From the NCBI GenBank assembly GCA_045644945.1, contig JAZRHU010000016.1, forward strand, positions 1 through 53,475: DNA of 53,475 nucleotides. The letters are read 5' to 3'. The notes beneath the pieces were generated by a model. The model had not been told where the DNA came from and ran no database searches. It saw only the letters and a program-made list of their open reading frames with translations. Origin of the DNA: Candidatus Fimimonas sp. Lineage in GTDB: Bacteria > Bacillota > Clostridia > Christensenellales > CAG-314. How positions within the stretch are numbered: the stretch's first letter is position 1; the number at the start of each line of letters is the position of its first letter. A program made the translations under genes and the position numbers. This document shows, piece by piece, positions 44,440-53,475 of the stretch.

Positions 44440-47057
44440 TGAAAAAGAAAAATTTATTGGTTCTTTTGATGATTCCATTCTTAATTTCCACCCTTACCAT
44501 TGTTTCCGTTAACATGACGTACGACTTGGTAGACGTGGATATCTCCTATATCGAGTGGGAATACGAAGATATTGTTGCCTACCAAATAACAAACGAGCTT
44601 ATTCCACTAAATGCAAAGGGCGTAAACCAACGTCATAACGAAGTAAGTTCCGGCAACAACCTTATTTGGACTGTTACCAATCAAGATGGAAGCCCCGACC
44701 CCTATGCAACAATCGTCAAGCAAGGGGATAGCTACTTCCTAAAAACATTGCTCGAAGGTGACGTAATAGTTACCTGTTCCAATCAAAAGGGCAATGTATC
44801 ACGTAGCTTTAGCTGTATCGTATTCAAGGATGGCTACATCTCCATTCGTCCAGCAATTGCAAACAGTCGTGTAGGCAAGGTGGACGATACCATCTACTTT
44901 GGCGAGTACGACTTTACCCCAAGTGGCGAAAGAGGCAGTGCTTCCTTCGATATCGTGGTGGAGTGTCGTCCAGCAAGCGTAATTTCCAGTTTGTCTCAAG
45001 AGTCCATCACACTTTCTGATACGCTCACATTGGATATTGATTTTGCCGATGCAACGGAGTCTCAAGGCGCAGTTCGCGTGATGGGTACTGTAAATGTGGA
45101 CGTTACCAACTGGAATCAACAAAATTCCCAAGCAAACATAACAGTTACATCATCCATTGATAGCTACAAACCAGGTATTTTCGATTTCCAAATTGTTCGA
45201 GATGGCTACAATGTTTACAACTATCAACAATTGTTGGACTGCACAAATCGTTCTGTCGAAGGCAAAATCGCCGTTTTGCAAGTATCTTTCGATAGCGAGC
45301 ATAACTATGCCGACTACCTTGCTACAACAAGTCATCAAGTCAAGTATCACAATGTCAAGTGTATGGGCGACCTAGATGGTAATGGCAAAGCAGATTTTGC
45401 ACTAGATAACGGCACAGTAGTGCCCATCAGAACAAAGTACAATCACTTGTACCTTGACCAATGGAACAAAACCAACCCCGACTCCAAAATTAGTTTGGAT
45501 GTTTTAACGGGTTTGTACGTTCAAAAAGATTTCTACGGAAATGGCCACTCTATCAACTTCCACGATTTGACATACCCATCTAGAGGCGGTACCATTGTTG
45601 ATGGCAATGTAACACCTCCCGAACTTGCTGATGAAGACTTGTTTAGAGGCCCTAAATCCTTCTACACAGTAGGCACACCAAGTGGCGAAGGTATCAACCT
45701 CATCACAATCTACGGCCAAGATAACTCCGGCATGTATGCGCGAGGTAACCTTGTTATCAACGATGTTTCCTTGCAAAACTGCGATAACGATGGTAAACCA
45801 CTTAGCTTTTTGGATACTGTCGGCACAGTTTTGGATGTAGATACCGACTTGGATAACAACTTGGAGCCAGACAGAGACGTAAAAGTTATTGTACAAAACT
45901 GCCGACTTTCCAATGGCAAAAACATTGTACGTAGTTTTAGTAGCAATTTGCTTTTAGATAACTGCATGCTATCCAACGCTCACAACTTCCTGTTCTTTAC
46001 AGGTTCCAACAAGTTTGTTCAAGCTGATGGCAACAAAACTCACTCATTTGTTTCCAAAGAGGGAAATGTTTCCTCAACGTTGTACGATTTCTTGAGCAAA
46101 AATGGCCCAGCAAATGCAATTTTGGACGACTATCTTGCTGCAAAGTACGGCGAAGGTCATGTATTCAAGGACTCCGTTCAAATGCAAAACTGCCTGTATG
46201 GTACAGGTGGCAAAATGAATCCTAACTCCATTCAAGCTGCACTTACAACCAACTTGGCAGGTCAATTCAAGGGCGAAGCAGAAATCAAGGATTGCATAAT
46301 GAACACATCTGGCATTGCAGCAATTGCAATGGAAAGTTTGTTCAATGGCCCATACCTGTTCAATAACAGTATCCCTAACACAATTTCCGGCTTGTTCGAG
46401 TTTGCCGATAGCCTTGGCTTGTCTGCGTTCAATTGCTCTAACATTTCCGGCACATCCTACCCTGTAAAAGTAACGCTTAGTGGTTCCACCAAGTTCTACG
46501 ACTACAAGGAGCTGGACAAAATTGACCTAAGCGGTTTGGTTCACGAGGATATTTCCGACTTCCTAAGTATGTTTGGAAGTTTGACGGGTAACAACAACTA
46601 CAACGTCACAATTGACGAAATCTTCCCCATCAAGAACCTGCTAAACAGATACGCTACCCAAAATGGTTACAACGGCGAAAACAGCCAATACAAGGGCAAA
46701 GTGAATATTCCTGTTGTATTCTATGGGGGTGGCGCAAACTACTCCGAGTTGACAATTGACGAAGGTGCCGATTTGTTCAACGACAGTTACATTGGTCTGC
46801 GCGAAGGCACCGTGCAATCTGCACAAGTAAACCTTTTGGATAGATACATGTATCTGCCAAAGGTTTCCCCAATCGGTTTGGTACAACAATATGCCAAAAT
46901 TGATTTGGACAAAAACACACTTATCAAAACAGTAACAATTGTTACCGGTTACGAGCCATTTGAGTTTGTGTTTGTAAAAGGCACAAGCTACTACGATAAC
47001 TACCTGTCCAAGCAACCAACCAACTTGCTTGAACAACTCAAGAACAACGCAAAGTAG
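44439..47057 (+). CDS. Membrane-anchored extracellular protein with a parallel beta-helix-like region, 872 aa
   Basis: N-terminal anchor KKKNLLVLLMIPFLISTLTIVSV. Repeated N-x-hydrophobic rungs (NCRLSNGKNIVRSFSSNLLLDNCMLSNAHNFLFF). 1-nt overlap with the permease stop. Confidence 0.7.
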   Translation: MKKKNLLVLLMIPFLISTLTIVSVNMTYDLVDVDISYIEWEYEDIVAYQITNELIPLNAKGVNQRHNEVSSGNNLIWTVTNQDGSPDPYATIVKQGDSYFLKTLLEGDVIVTCSNQKGNVSRSFSCIVFKDGYISIRPAIANSRVGKVDDTIYFGEYDFTPSGERGSASFDIVVECRPASVISSLSQESITLSDTLTLDIDFADATESQGAVRVMGTVNVDVTNWNQQNSQANITVTSSIDSYKPGIFDFQIVRDGYNVYNYQQLLDCTNRSVEGKIAVLQVSFDSEHNYADYLATTSHQVKYHNVKCMGDLDGNGKADFALDNGTVVPIRTKYNHLYLDQWNKTNPDSKISLDVLTGLYVQKDFYGNGHSINFHDLTYPSRGGTIVDGNVTPPELADEDLFRGPKSFYTVGTPSGEGINLITIYGQDNSGMYARGNLVINDVSLQNCDNDGKPLSFLDTVGTVLDVDTDLDNNLEPDRDVKVIVQNCRLSNGKNIVRSFSSNLLLDNCMLSNAHNFLFFTGSNKFVQADGNKTHSFVSKEGNVSSTLYDFLSKNGPANAILDDYLAAKYGEGHVFKDSVQMQNCLYGTGGKMNPNSIQAALTTNLAGQFKGEAEIKDCIMNTSGIAAIAMESLFNGPYLFNNSIPNTISGLFEFADSLGLSAFNCSNISGTSYPVKVTLSGSTKFYDYKELDKIDLSGLVHEDISDFLSMFGSLTGNNNYNVTIDEIFPIKNLLNRYATQNGYNGENSQYKGKVNIPVVFYGGGANYSELTIDEGADLFNDSYIGLREGTVQSAQVNLLDRYMYLPKVSPIGLVQQYAKIDLDKNTLIKTVTIVTGYEPFEFVFVKGTSYYDNYLSKQPTNLLEQLKNNAK

Positions 47058-47064
47058 GAGGACT

Positions 47065-48318
47065 ATGTTTATGCGTAAGACAATTCCACTAATAGCATTG
47101 CTAATTGCAATGTGCTTTATATTGACTGCCTGTGGATCCTTTATGGAATGGGGCAACGAGGAAGTAAAGCAAATTGAAAAGATTGACAAACACACCGATG
47201 CAAATGGTGTGGTTTACATGGATATCTATTTTGTTGGCGAGGATAATCCTCAAAGTATCCCATTGCCAAGCGGTGCCGATGGTACAAGTATCAGCTTTGA
47301 TGCCAAGTACAATCAAGACGAACGCAAAACAGTTGTAACTGTGTCCTTTAGCGATGGTTCCCCAAACAAGGTGTTTGATATCAAAGACGGTCAATCCATC
47401 ACAAGTGTGGTTATTTCCGAAGGGGAAATTGGTATTGGCGACGTTTTGTGTTTCTACTGCGGTAACGATTTGGTTGGCGAAATCCCAATGTCTCAAATCA
47501 GAGGTAAGGATGGTGCAACTTGGTTAACAGGTACATCCGCTCCAGATGATGCAGTAGGCAAGGATGGCGACTTCTATCTCAACACAGCAAAATTTGATGT
47601 GTACATCAAAAAGGGCGAAACTTGGACAACTGTTGGCAATCTTACTGGTGCAGGTATCGACAAGATTGAAACCTACGAGTCTGCAGATGGCAGTGGTATC
47701 AAAATTACCTACAACGAACAAAGTGGCTGGGAGCCAACAATCGTTCTTTGCCCAGGTATCACAGATATTAACCTCAAACTTTCCGATGACAAAAAGGAAT
47801 TTGTTTTCGAAGTTGTTTTGAGTAACGGCATTGTAGACGAAAATGGCGTTACACAAACTTTCAGCAAGGAGTTTGCTATTGCTCGTTTCCCACAATGGGA
47901 GTCTGGCACAAACTTCCCCGGCGAAGATGATGGTATCGTTGGCGACTTCTACTTCTACGAACCAACCCAAACAATCTTGCACAAAAAGTCCACTGGTTGG
48001 GTAACAATCATCAGCTTTAACGAACTTTTGAACCAAGGCAACGACAAAGTTAATGTTACTTTTGATGCTCTTGGTGGCCAAATGACAATCACAGGTTACA
48101 CTAATCCTACCGAAAAGTACGAAATGTCCGTAACAAAGGGAGCATTTGTTCATTGTGACCTCATTCCAATTCCAACAAAGGACGGCTTTACATTTGGTGG
48201 TTGGTACACAGTACCTAATCCAAACCCACTTGTAAATGGCAGATTTACCGACATGGTTCCAGTATCTCAAAACATCACATTGTACGCTTACTGGATTCCC
48301 AATGGCTCTTCCAATTAG
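47065..48318 (+). CDS. Lipoprotein with a C-terminal Listeria-Bacteroides (Flg_new) repeat
   Basis: Lipobox ILTAC|GS after MFMRKTIPLIALLIAMCF. C-terminal GFTFGGWYTV...ITLYAYW. AGGAGG RBS. Confidence 0.8.
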   Translation: MFMRKTIPLIALLIAMCFILTACGSFMEWGNEEVKQIEKIDKHTDANGVVYMDIYFVGEDNPQSIPLPSGADGTSISFDAKYNQDERKTVVTVSFSDGSPNKVFDIKDGQSITSVVISEGEIGIGDVLCFYCGNDLVGEIPMSQIRGKDGATWLTGTSAPDDAVGKDGDFYLNTAKFDVYIKKGETWTTVGNLTGAGIDKIETYESADGSGIKITYNEQSGWEPTIVLCPGITDINLKLSDDKKEFVFEVVLSNGIVDENGVTQTFSKEFAIARFPQWESGTNFPGEDDGIVGDFYFYEPTQTILHKKSTGWVTIISFNELLNQGNDKVNVTFDALGGQMTITGYTNPTEKYEMSVTKGAFVHCDLIPIPTKDGFTFGGWYTVPNPNPLVNGRFTDMVPVSQNITLYAYWIPNGSSN

Positions 48319-48321
48319 TAA

Positions 48322-48352
48322 AAAAACCTCGTTCAACAGAACGAGGTTTTTG
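48322..48352 (+). terminator. Intrinsic terminator ending the surface operon
   Basis: AAACCTCGT/ACGAGGTTT stem followed by TTTT. Confidence 0.8.
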
Positions 48353-48353
48353 C

Positions 48354-48382
48354 TTGACAAACATAGTAAACGTTGTTATGAT
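48354..48382 (+). promoter_or_regulatory. Promoter upstream of the riboswitch
   Basis: TTGACA (48354-48359), 17-nt spacer, then TATGAT (48377-48382). Confidence 0.6.
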
Positions 48383-48384
48383 AG

Positions 48385-48520
48385 TTTTACCATAAAGAGT
48401 GCGTGAGGGACAGCCCCACAGACCGCACAGCAACCTACTAGATTGGCAAGGTGCTAAAGGCTGAACGATGGGTAAAATTGTAGTCGTGCGAACCCATCGT
48501 CATCGATGGGTTTTTCTTTT
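48385..48520 (+). promoter_or_regulatory. SAM-I clan (S-box-like) riboswitch with terminator expression platform
   Basis: The P1 stem pairs TTTTACCAT with ATGG(G)TAAAA. Conserved elements are AGAG, GAGGGA, GCAACC and AAGGTGCTAA, and the P2 stem pairs GTGCG with CGCAC. P4 is short or absent. The terminator AACCCATCG/CGATGGGTT plus a T-run (48491-48520) can alternatively pair with the P1 3' strand. Confidence 0.65.
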
Positions 48521-48557
48521 CGCCTCTTTGTGGAATTTTTTACAAGGAGGCATTTTT

Positions 48558-48734
48558 ATGCAAAATTTTATCATTAACAAACTGGACGAAAACTTCGATG
48601 TTGTAGCAAAAGTAGGGCAACACCCAACCTATCAAAAAGCGTTAGAGCATATTTTGTCCATTGACGAAAAGGGCGACTATGTGCTTGTGGGTATCGATAA
48701 CGATGGCAACGAACATCTCTTGCTATTTAGATAG
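48558..48734 (+). CDS. Small hypothetical protein, 58 aa
   Basis: AAGGAGG RBS 7 nt upstream of ATG 48558. It is the first ORF after the riboswitch. The longer version in the track (48468) would overlap the riboswitch terminator. Confidence 0.55.
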   Translation: MQNFIINKLDENFDVVAKVGQHPTYQKALEHILSIDEKGDYVLVGIDNDGNEHLLLFR

Positions 48735-48867
48735 CATTGCTTTGTAGCAGTTTCTAGGCGCAATGAGCTAATAAAACACACAAAATTGCAACAAATTGCG
48801 CCAAATTCTTTACAATCGTGTCGCTAACTGCTAAAATAGTAGCATATTTATTTGGGAGGTAATCTAA

Positions 48868-50283
48868 ATGAGTGTTAAACATCAACAAGTCTTTGGCATC
48901 ACACCAGAAGTAGCCAAGCAAATTTTGGACGTTGCTCTTTCCACAGGTGGACAATTTGCCGAAGTATTTATGGAAAACGCTACAAGCGAAGTGCTTCGTA
49001 TGCGTCAAGGCAAGCTTGAAAGCACAAACATCTCCAGTACAAAGGGTGCAGCAGTACGTGTAATCAAAGATGGCACCGAAGTTAGCGCATCTGTTACTCT
49101 TGCCACAGTAGAAAAACTTTTGGAAACTGCCAAAACTTTGGCGGATAGTTTTGTTGGCGAACAAACAACACAAGTTGCTCCATTTGCCGAAAAGGTTGTG
49201 GATATTGTTGTAAATCCACTTCAGGTTCGTGGCGAAGATAACTCCAAGGAACTTCAACTTTTGTCCGACTCTACACGTGGTGCAAAGGAATACAGTCAAG
49301 AAATTATTCAAGTAATTGCTCTTTTGACTAAAAACGAACGCAATGTTTTTGTGTTTGCTAGTGACGGAACATGGCAAACTGACCGCCGTTGCAACACACG
49401 TCTTATTTGCCAAGCAATTGCATCCGATGGCAAAGATATGCAAAATGGCTCAAACTCTTTCGGCCGTAACCAAGGTATGGAAATGTTCGAGGGCTTTGAT
49501 GCGGTAGAGTTTGGTAAAGAAGCAGCATTCAATGCTGTGGAAATGCTTCACGCGGAAGAAATGACCGGTGGCGAAATGCCCGTTGTTATTCACAATGGCT
49601 TTGGTGGTGTAATTTTGCACGAAGCTTGCGTTCACGGCCTCGAAGCCACATCAGTTGCAAAGGGTATGAGTGTATTTTGTGGCAAAATCGGCCAAAAGGT
49701 TGCAAGCGACATTGTAAATGCAGTTGACGATGGTACACAACCTGACCTTTGGGGTTCCATCAACGTGGATGATGAAGGTACACCCTCTAAGCGCAATTTG
49801 CTTATCGAAAATGGCATTTTGAAATCCTACTTGGTAGACAAGCGCAACAGCTTCAAGATGAACCATCCAATCACAGGCTCTTCTCGTCGTGAGTCCTACA
49901 AGTACCAAACAACATCTCGTATGACAAACACCTACTTCTTGCCTGGCGAATCCACTTTTGAAGAAATCATTGCTAACACAAAGTTTGGTTTGTTTGCCAA
50001 GGAAATGGGTGGTGGCTCCGTTAACCCTGCAACAGGCGAATTCAACTTTGCAGTTAACGTTGCCTATATGATTGAAGATGGCAAAATCACCCGTCCAGTA
50101 AAGGGCGCAACACTTGTTGGCTCTGGTAAGGATGTTCTTTTGCGTATTGATATGATTGGCAACAACTTGGACTACGGCTATGGTATGTGCGGATCTCAAT
50201 CTGGTTCCATTCCTACAATCGTAGGCCAACCCACAATCAGAGTTTCCCACATGACAGTTGGTGGCAAAGGAGGTAACAAGTAA
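48868..50283 (+). CDS. tldD: TldD family metalloprotease
   Basis: The HEACVHGLE (HExxxH) motif, a length of 471 aa, and pairing with a PmbA-like gene. Confidence 0.85.
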   Translation: MSVKHQQVFGITPEVAKQILDVALSTGGQFAEVFMENATSEVLRMRQGKLESTNISSTKGAAVRVIKDGTEVSASVTLATVEKLLETAKTLADSFVGEQTTQVAPFAEKVVDIVVNPLQVRGEDNSKELQLLSDSTRGAKEYSQEIIQVIALLTKNERNVFVFASDGTWQTDRRCNTRLICQAIASDGKDMQNGSNSFGRNQGMEMFEGFDAVEFGKEAAFNAVEMLHAEEMTGGEMPVVIHNGFGGVILHEACVHGLEATSVAKGMSVFCGKIGQKVASDIVNAVDDGTQPDLWGSINVDDEGTPSKRNLLIENGILKSYLVDKRNSFKMNHPITGSSRRESYKYQTTSRMTNTYFLPGESTFEEIIANTKFGLFAKEMGGGSVNPATGEFNFAVNVAYMIEDGKITRPVKGATLVGSGKDVLLRIDMIGNNLDYGYGMCGSQSGSIPTIVGQPTIRVSHMTVGGKGGNK

Positions 50284-51611
50284 TGACATTGGATCAAATC
50301 ATCAAACGTGGCCTCGAACTTGGCCTCGAAGCGGTGGAAGTGTATGCATCCACTACCGAAAGCAACGCATTGAAATTGGACGAAGGAAAGCTTGAGTCTT
50401 ACTCTATGAAAGAACTTTTCAATGTTTCTATTCGCGGTCTCAAAAATGGCAAAATGGCAAGTGTTACTACCGAATCTCTCGATGACGAAGTGGTAGAAAC
50501 CCTTTTGCAATCACTTGTTCGCAATGTAAACGCTTTGGACGCACTTGAACCAGAGTTTATGTTCGAAGGTGGTAGCACCTACCAACCAGTTGAAGAACTA
50601 AAAGCTAACTACAAAGATTTTACTGTTGCGCAAAAGGTAGAACTACTCAAAACTTTGGAACGTCGTTGCCTTGCTACAAGTGACAAAATCAAAAAGGTTG
50701 GCTACTGCCAATACAGCGAAACTGCACGCAAAGTTCAACTCAAAAACTCCAAGGGACTCGACCTTGCTCAATCCTACTCCTATATTTCCACATTTGTTGG
50801 GCCATTAGCTGCTGAAGCGGATCAAACTGCAGTTGGTTGGAGTAGCGATATCACAACTGACTTTTCCGCTATCGAAGTGGACCGCATGGTGGACGAAGCT
50901 ACCAAGTCTGCACTTGATCAACTTGGCGCAGGTAGCATCCAAACTGGCAAATACCCAGTTGTATTCAAACGCGATGTTGCTAGCGAAATTTTGTCAGCAT
51001 TTTCTTCCGTATTCCTTGGCGACTCTGCATTGCGCCGTATGACAATTTTGACGGACAAAGTTGGTCAAAAGGTATTTGGCGAAAATATCACAATTTGTGA
51101 CGATCCATTCTGCCCAATGGCGCTTGTAAAGAACTCATTCGACGACGAAGGTGTTCCATGCGTTACTAAAAACGTGGTAGAAAATGGTGTTTTCAAAGGC
51201 TTTATGCACACCTTGAAGAGCGCCAATGCGCTTGGTGCAAAGCCAACTGGTAACGGATTTAAAGCGGGTGGTGGTGCAATTAGCTCTCAACCAACTAACT
51301 TGTACCTTCAAGCAGGCGAACTTACAAAGGACGAAATCATTGCAACTGTGGAAGATGGTATCTACCTTACAGAGGTTGGTGGCTTGCATGCAGGTTTGAA
51401 CCCAATTTCTGGCGACTTTAACGTTCAAGGTACAGGTTTTGTTATCAAAAATGGCAAAATTGACCGTCCAATCACATTGTTTGTAGTTTCCGGCAACTTC
51501 TACGAAATGATGAACAATGTAGAGCTTATCGGTAACGATATCGAAAAACGCTTTGTTGGCGTTGCTTGCCCAACTTTGAAGATCAAATCCTTGGCAATTT
51601 CCGGTAAATAA
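50283..51611 (+). CDS. pmbA: PmbA/TldE family protein
   Basis: 442-aa paralog of TldD without HExxxH. C-terminal GDFNVQGTGFVIKNGKI motif. 1-nt overlap with the tldD stop. Confidence 0.85.
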   Translation: MTLDQIIKRGLELGLEAVEVYASTTESNALKLDEGKLESYSMKELFNVSIRGLKNGKMASVTTESLDDEVVETLLQSLVRNVNALDALEPEFMFEGGSTYQPVEELKANYKDFTVAQKVELLKTLERRCLATSDKIKKVGYCQYSETARKVQLKNSKGLDLAQSYSYISTFVGPLAAEADQTAVGWSSDITTDFSAIEVDRMVDEATKSALDQLGAGSIQTGKYPVVFKRDVASEILSAFSSVFLGDSALRRMTILTDKVGQKVFGENITICDDPFCPMALVKNSFDDEGVPCVTKNVVENGVFKGFMHTLKSANALGAKPTGNGFKAGGGAISSQPTNLYLQAGELTKDEIIATVEDGIYLTEVGGLHAGLNPISGDFNVQGTGFVIKNGKIDRPITLFVVSGNFYEMMNNVELIGNDIEKRFVGVACPTLKIKSLAISGK

Positions 51612-51687
51612 CAGCAAGTGCACTTGTTAGGTTGTATTTAATTTACTACAATCTAAAAACAATTGGTGCATCAAATAGCACGTAGCA

Positions 51688-51719
51688 AAACGAGATTGAG
51701 CAATCGATCTCGTTTTTTG
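51688..51719 (+). terminator. Intrinsic terminator after pmbA
   Basis: AAACGAGAT/ATCTCGTTT stem followed by TTTT. Confidence 0.75.
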
Positions 51720-51789
51720 TTGCAAAAATGTTTGTAACTATTTTTCCATTGTTGTCATAAGATATATCGACAGATAAAGGAGGTTGTCT

Positions 51790-52452
51790 ATGCCCACAAA
51801 CAATTTTGATGGCAACGGAACGGAACGCATTTGCATCCAAGCGACAAAAGTTTTCGATGCCTGCATGAAACAAATAACTTTGCAACAAACAACAGTTAAC
51901 ATCACCGATGTTACTACAACGCCAACATTGCCTCTACGATTTGTAAATGGCAGATCTACAACTACCACAGGCACTATCGAAAATCTAGTGGTAGAACGGC
52001 TTGTGGAGCGTCCAAAGTATGGTCGTGTGCAAGGTGATGTGGTTGTTCCTGTAGAAATTACATACATCGACGCCAACAACGTGGAGGGTAGTGGTACGGG
52101 CACAATAACAATCCCCGTTGATGTAGTCATGTATTTGCCCGAACCAAGCATCCTGCCTTACCAAATCAGGGCGAGTGTATCTGCTGTAATACCCGATGGC
52201 ACCTACACCGGTGTAGAAGTCATCGACGAACAAACCTACTACACATTTGCGGTAAATGCTTGCCTTACCATAATCTTGAAGGTAACAATGGATGTCGAAC
52301 TGATTGTACCAACAAACGGCTACGCAGTGATTCCACCTTGTCAAGACTACACCGAGGAAGTGTGCTCTGGCTACTTCGAGTTGCCACTTTACCCAAACAG
52401 TACACGTGGCGCAACACCACAAGGTGGATGCAACAACGGCAGTCATAACTAG
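51790..52452 (+). CDS. Hypothetical protein, ~220 aa
   Basis: AAGGAGG lies 6 nt upstream of ATG 51790. A terminator follows. No family recognised. Confidence 0.65.
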   Translation: MPTNNFDGNGTERICIQATKVFDACMKQITLQQTTVNITDVTTTPTLPLRFVNGRSTTTTGTIENLVVERLVERPKYGRVQGDVVVPVEITYIDANNVEGSGTGTITIPVDVVMYLPEPSILPYQIRASVSAVIPDGTYTGVEVIDEQTYYTFAVNACLTIILKVTMDVELIVPTNGYAVIPPCQDYTEEVCSGYFELPLYPNSTRGATPQGGCNNGSHN

Positions 52453-52458
52453 CAGTAA

Positions 52459-52488
52459 ATGTCACGCTTTTTGCGTGGCATTTTTTTG
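52459..52488 (+). terminator. Intrinsic terminator
   Basis: ATGTCACGC/GCGTGGCAT stem followed by TTTTTTT. Confidence 0.7.
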
Positions 52489-52728
52489 TTGCAGTAGTGT
52501 GAGTGCCACAACGGGTGTTCTTCTGCTAATGTACTATTGACACGCAATGGCAATTCAACTGATACGTTACTCCAAATGGTGTTAAAAAGTTATTGCAGTT
52601 GTAGTTGCATGATTGTCGAAAATAGAACACGTGTCCGCGTTTTTTGCTAATTTTGTCGTAAAATTACTGGCAAATATTCACACAATTTGTTGCAAAATCA
52701 TAGTGTGGTATAGTAGTGGAGATTTACC

Positions 52729-52944
52729 TTGAAATACAAAAAATGTCCTCGTTGTCAACTAAATTACATTCGCGAGGATTGGAATATTTGTTCTGTTTGC
52801 CAAAACGAAATTGCCGGTAAAAAATCAATATTTGATGATGACGAAGTTTTGCTTTGTCCCTACTGCAACAAGCACGAATTGGATGTTGATGAGATAATGT
52901 GCAGTTACTGCCAAGCCAAACGAAACAGGCATTTGGATGACTGA
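52729..52944 (+). CDS. Small double zinc-ribbon protein, 71 aa (TTG start)
   Basis: CPRC...CSVC and CPYC...CSYC pairs. GGAG RBS. Confidence 0.55.
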   Translation: MKYKKCPRCQLNYIREDWNICSVCQNEIAGKKSIFDDDEVLLCPYCNKHELDVDEIMCSYCQAKRNRHLDD

Positions 52945-53023
52945 TGGACTATCGCTAACATTTGATTGTGGTTAATTTCAAATATGTGTAGACAAATTTC
53001 CCCTTTTGTGATACAATGCACAC

Positions 53024-53475
53024 ATGAAAATTTTTGCAATTTCCGATTTGCACTTGTCCAGTGTTTGTCAAAAACCAATGGACATTTTCGGCAAAGCCTG
53101 GGAAAACTATTTTGAAGAAATTTGCGCCGATTGGCGCGCCAAAGTTGCCGAGGATGATATCGTACTTCTCCCCGGCGATTTGTCGTGGGGTATGCGCATG
53201 GAAGAGGCCCTGCCAGATTTTGCGCTTATTGCACAACTACCTGGCAAAAAGGTAATTTTGCGTGGCAATCACGACTATTGGTGGAACACTCTTTCTCAAG
53301 TGCGCAATTCTTTGCCACAAGGTTTTTATGTTTTGCAAAACGATTGTTTCCGCTTTGAAAACGTTCTTGTTTGCGGAACTCGTGGTTGGACTTGTCCCGA
53401 TGGCAACAATTTGTCCGAGCACGACCAAAAAATCTACAATCGCGAAGTGGAACGTTTGAAACTTTCCATCCAACA
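53024..53475 (+). CDS. Metallophosphoesterase (calcineurin-like), 5' partial, running off the window end and absent from the ORF track
   Basis: My own translation from ATG 53024 gives MKIFAISDLHLS...LLPGDLSWG...ILRGNHDYWW. These are the DxH, GD and GNHD/E phosphoesterase motifs, with no stop before 53475. Confidence 0.8.
   Translation, partial: MKIFAISDLHLSSVCQKPMDIFGKAWENYFEEICADWRAKVAEDDIVLLPGDLSWGMRMEEALPDFALIAQLPGKKVILRGNHDYWWNTLSQVRNSLPQGFYVLQNDCFRFENVLVCGTRGWTCPDGNNLSEHDQKIYNREVERLKLSIQ

Overview
This 53.5 kb window looks like a low-GC, Bacillota-like chromosome. That is an inference from GGAGG-type ribosome binding sites, DegV/FakA genes, a SipW-type signal peptidase and CCA-encoding tRNA genes. 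All calls come from reading the sequence and ORF translations by eye, with no searches run. Family names are motif-level recognitions, and hand-derived coordinates may be off by a few nt.

Layout from left to right:
- 1-58: the 3' end of a 16S rRNA gene. No spacer tRNA or 23S follows it.
- 337-2633: an AT-rich two-gene islet on the minus strand.
- 2853-7262: housekeeping-type genes (PIG-L deacetylase, mntP, tRNA-Ser(CGA), a radical SAM/SPASM enzyme, an XRE regulator).
- 7698-19823: a tightly coupled acyl-activation and lipid-assembly cluster. It holds two AMP-ligases, two carrier domains, two PlsC-type acyltransferases, an LRAT-PPTase fusion, DegV plus FakA, an MFS transporter and two alpha/beta hydrolases.
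- 19835-22050: four tandem paralogs of a zinc-ribbon membrane protein.
- 22197-23266: a scrambled tRNA locus with intact tRNA-Ser(UGA) and tRNA-Leu(CAA), duplicated tRNA fragments and short inserted palindromic elements.
- 23648-48318: a roughly 25 kb cell-surface island, followed by a SAM-I-like riboswitch, tldD/pmbA, small genes and a partial metallophosphoesterase that runs off the window end and is missing from the ORF track.

The cell-surface island is the most interesting part. It contains a 2760-aa repeat adhesin ending in a Hint autoprocessing domain. It also contains three smaller proteins that share an unusual VGF(A/S)(A/S)W N-terminal motif with the adhesin, next to a SipW-type signal peptidase. 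The strongest candidate for an undescribed system is a membrane-anchored McrB-type AAA+ protein with a zinc-ribbon McrC/DUF2357-like partner that has no visible nuclease motif. That partner is translationally coupled to an ABC exporter, a beta-helix surface protein and a lipoprotein.
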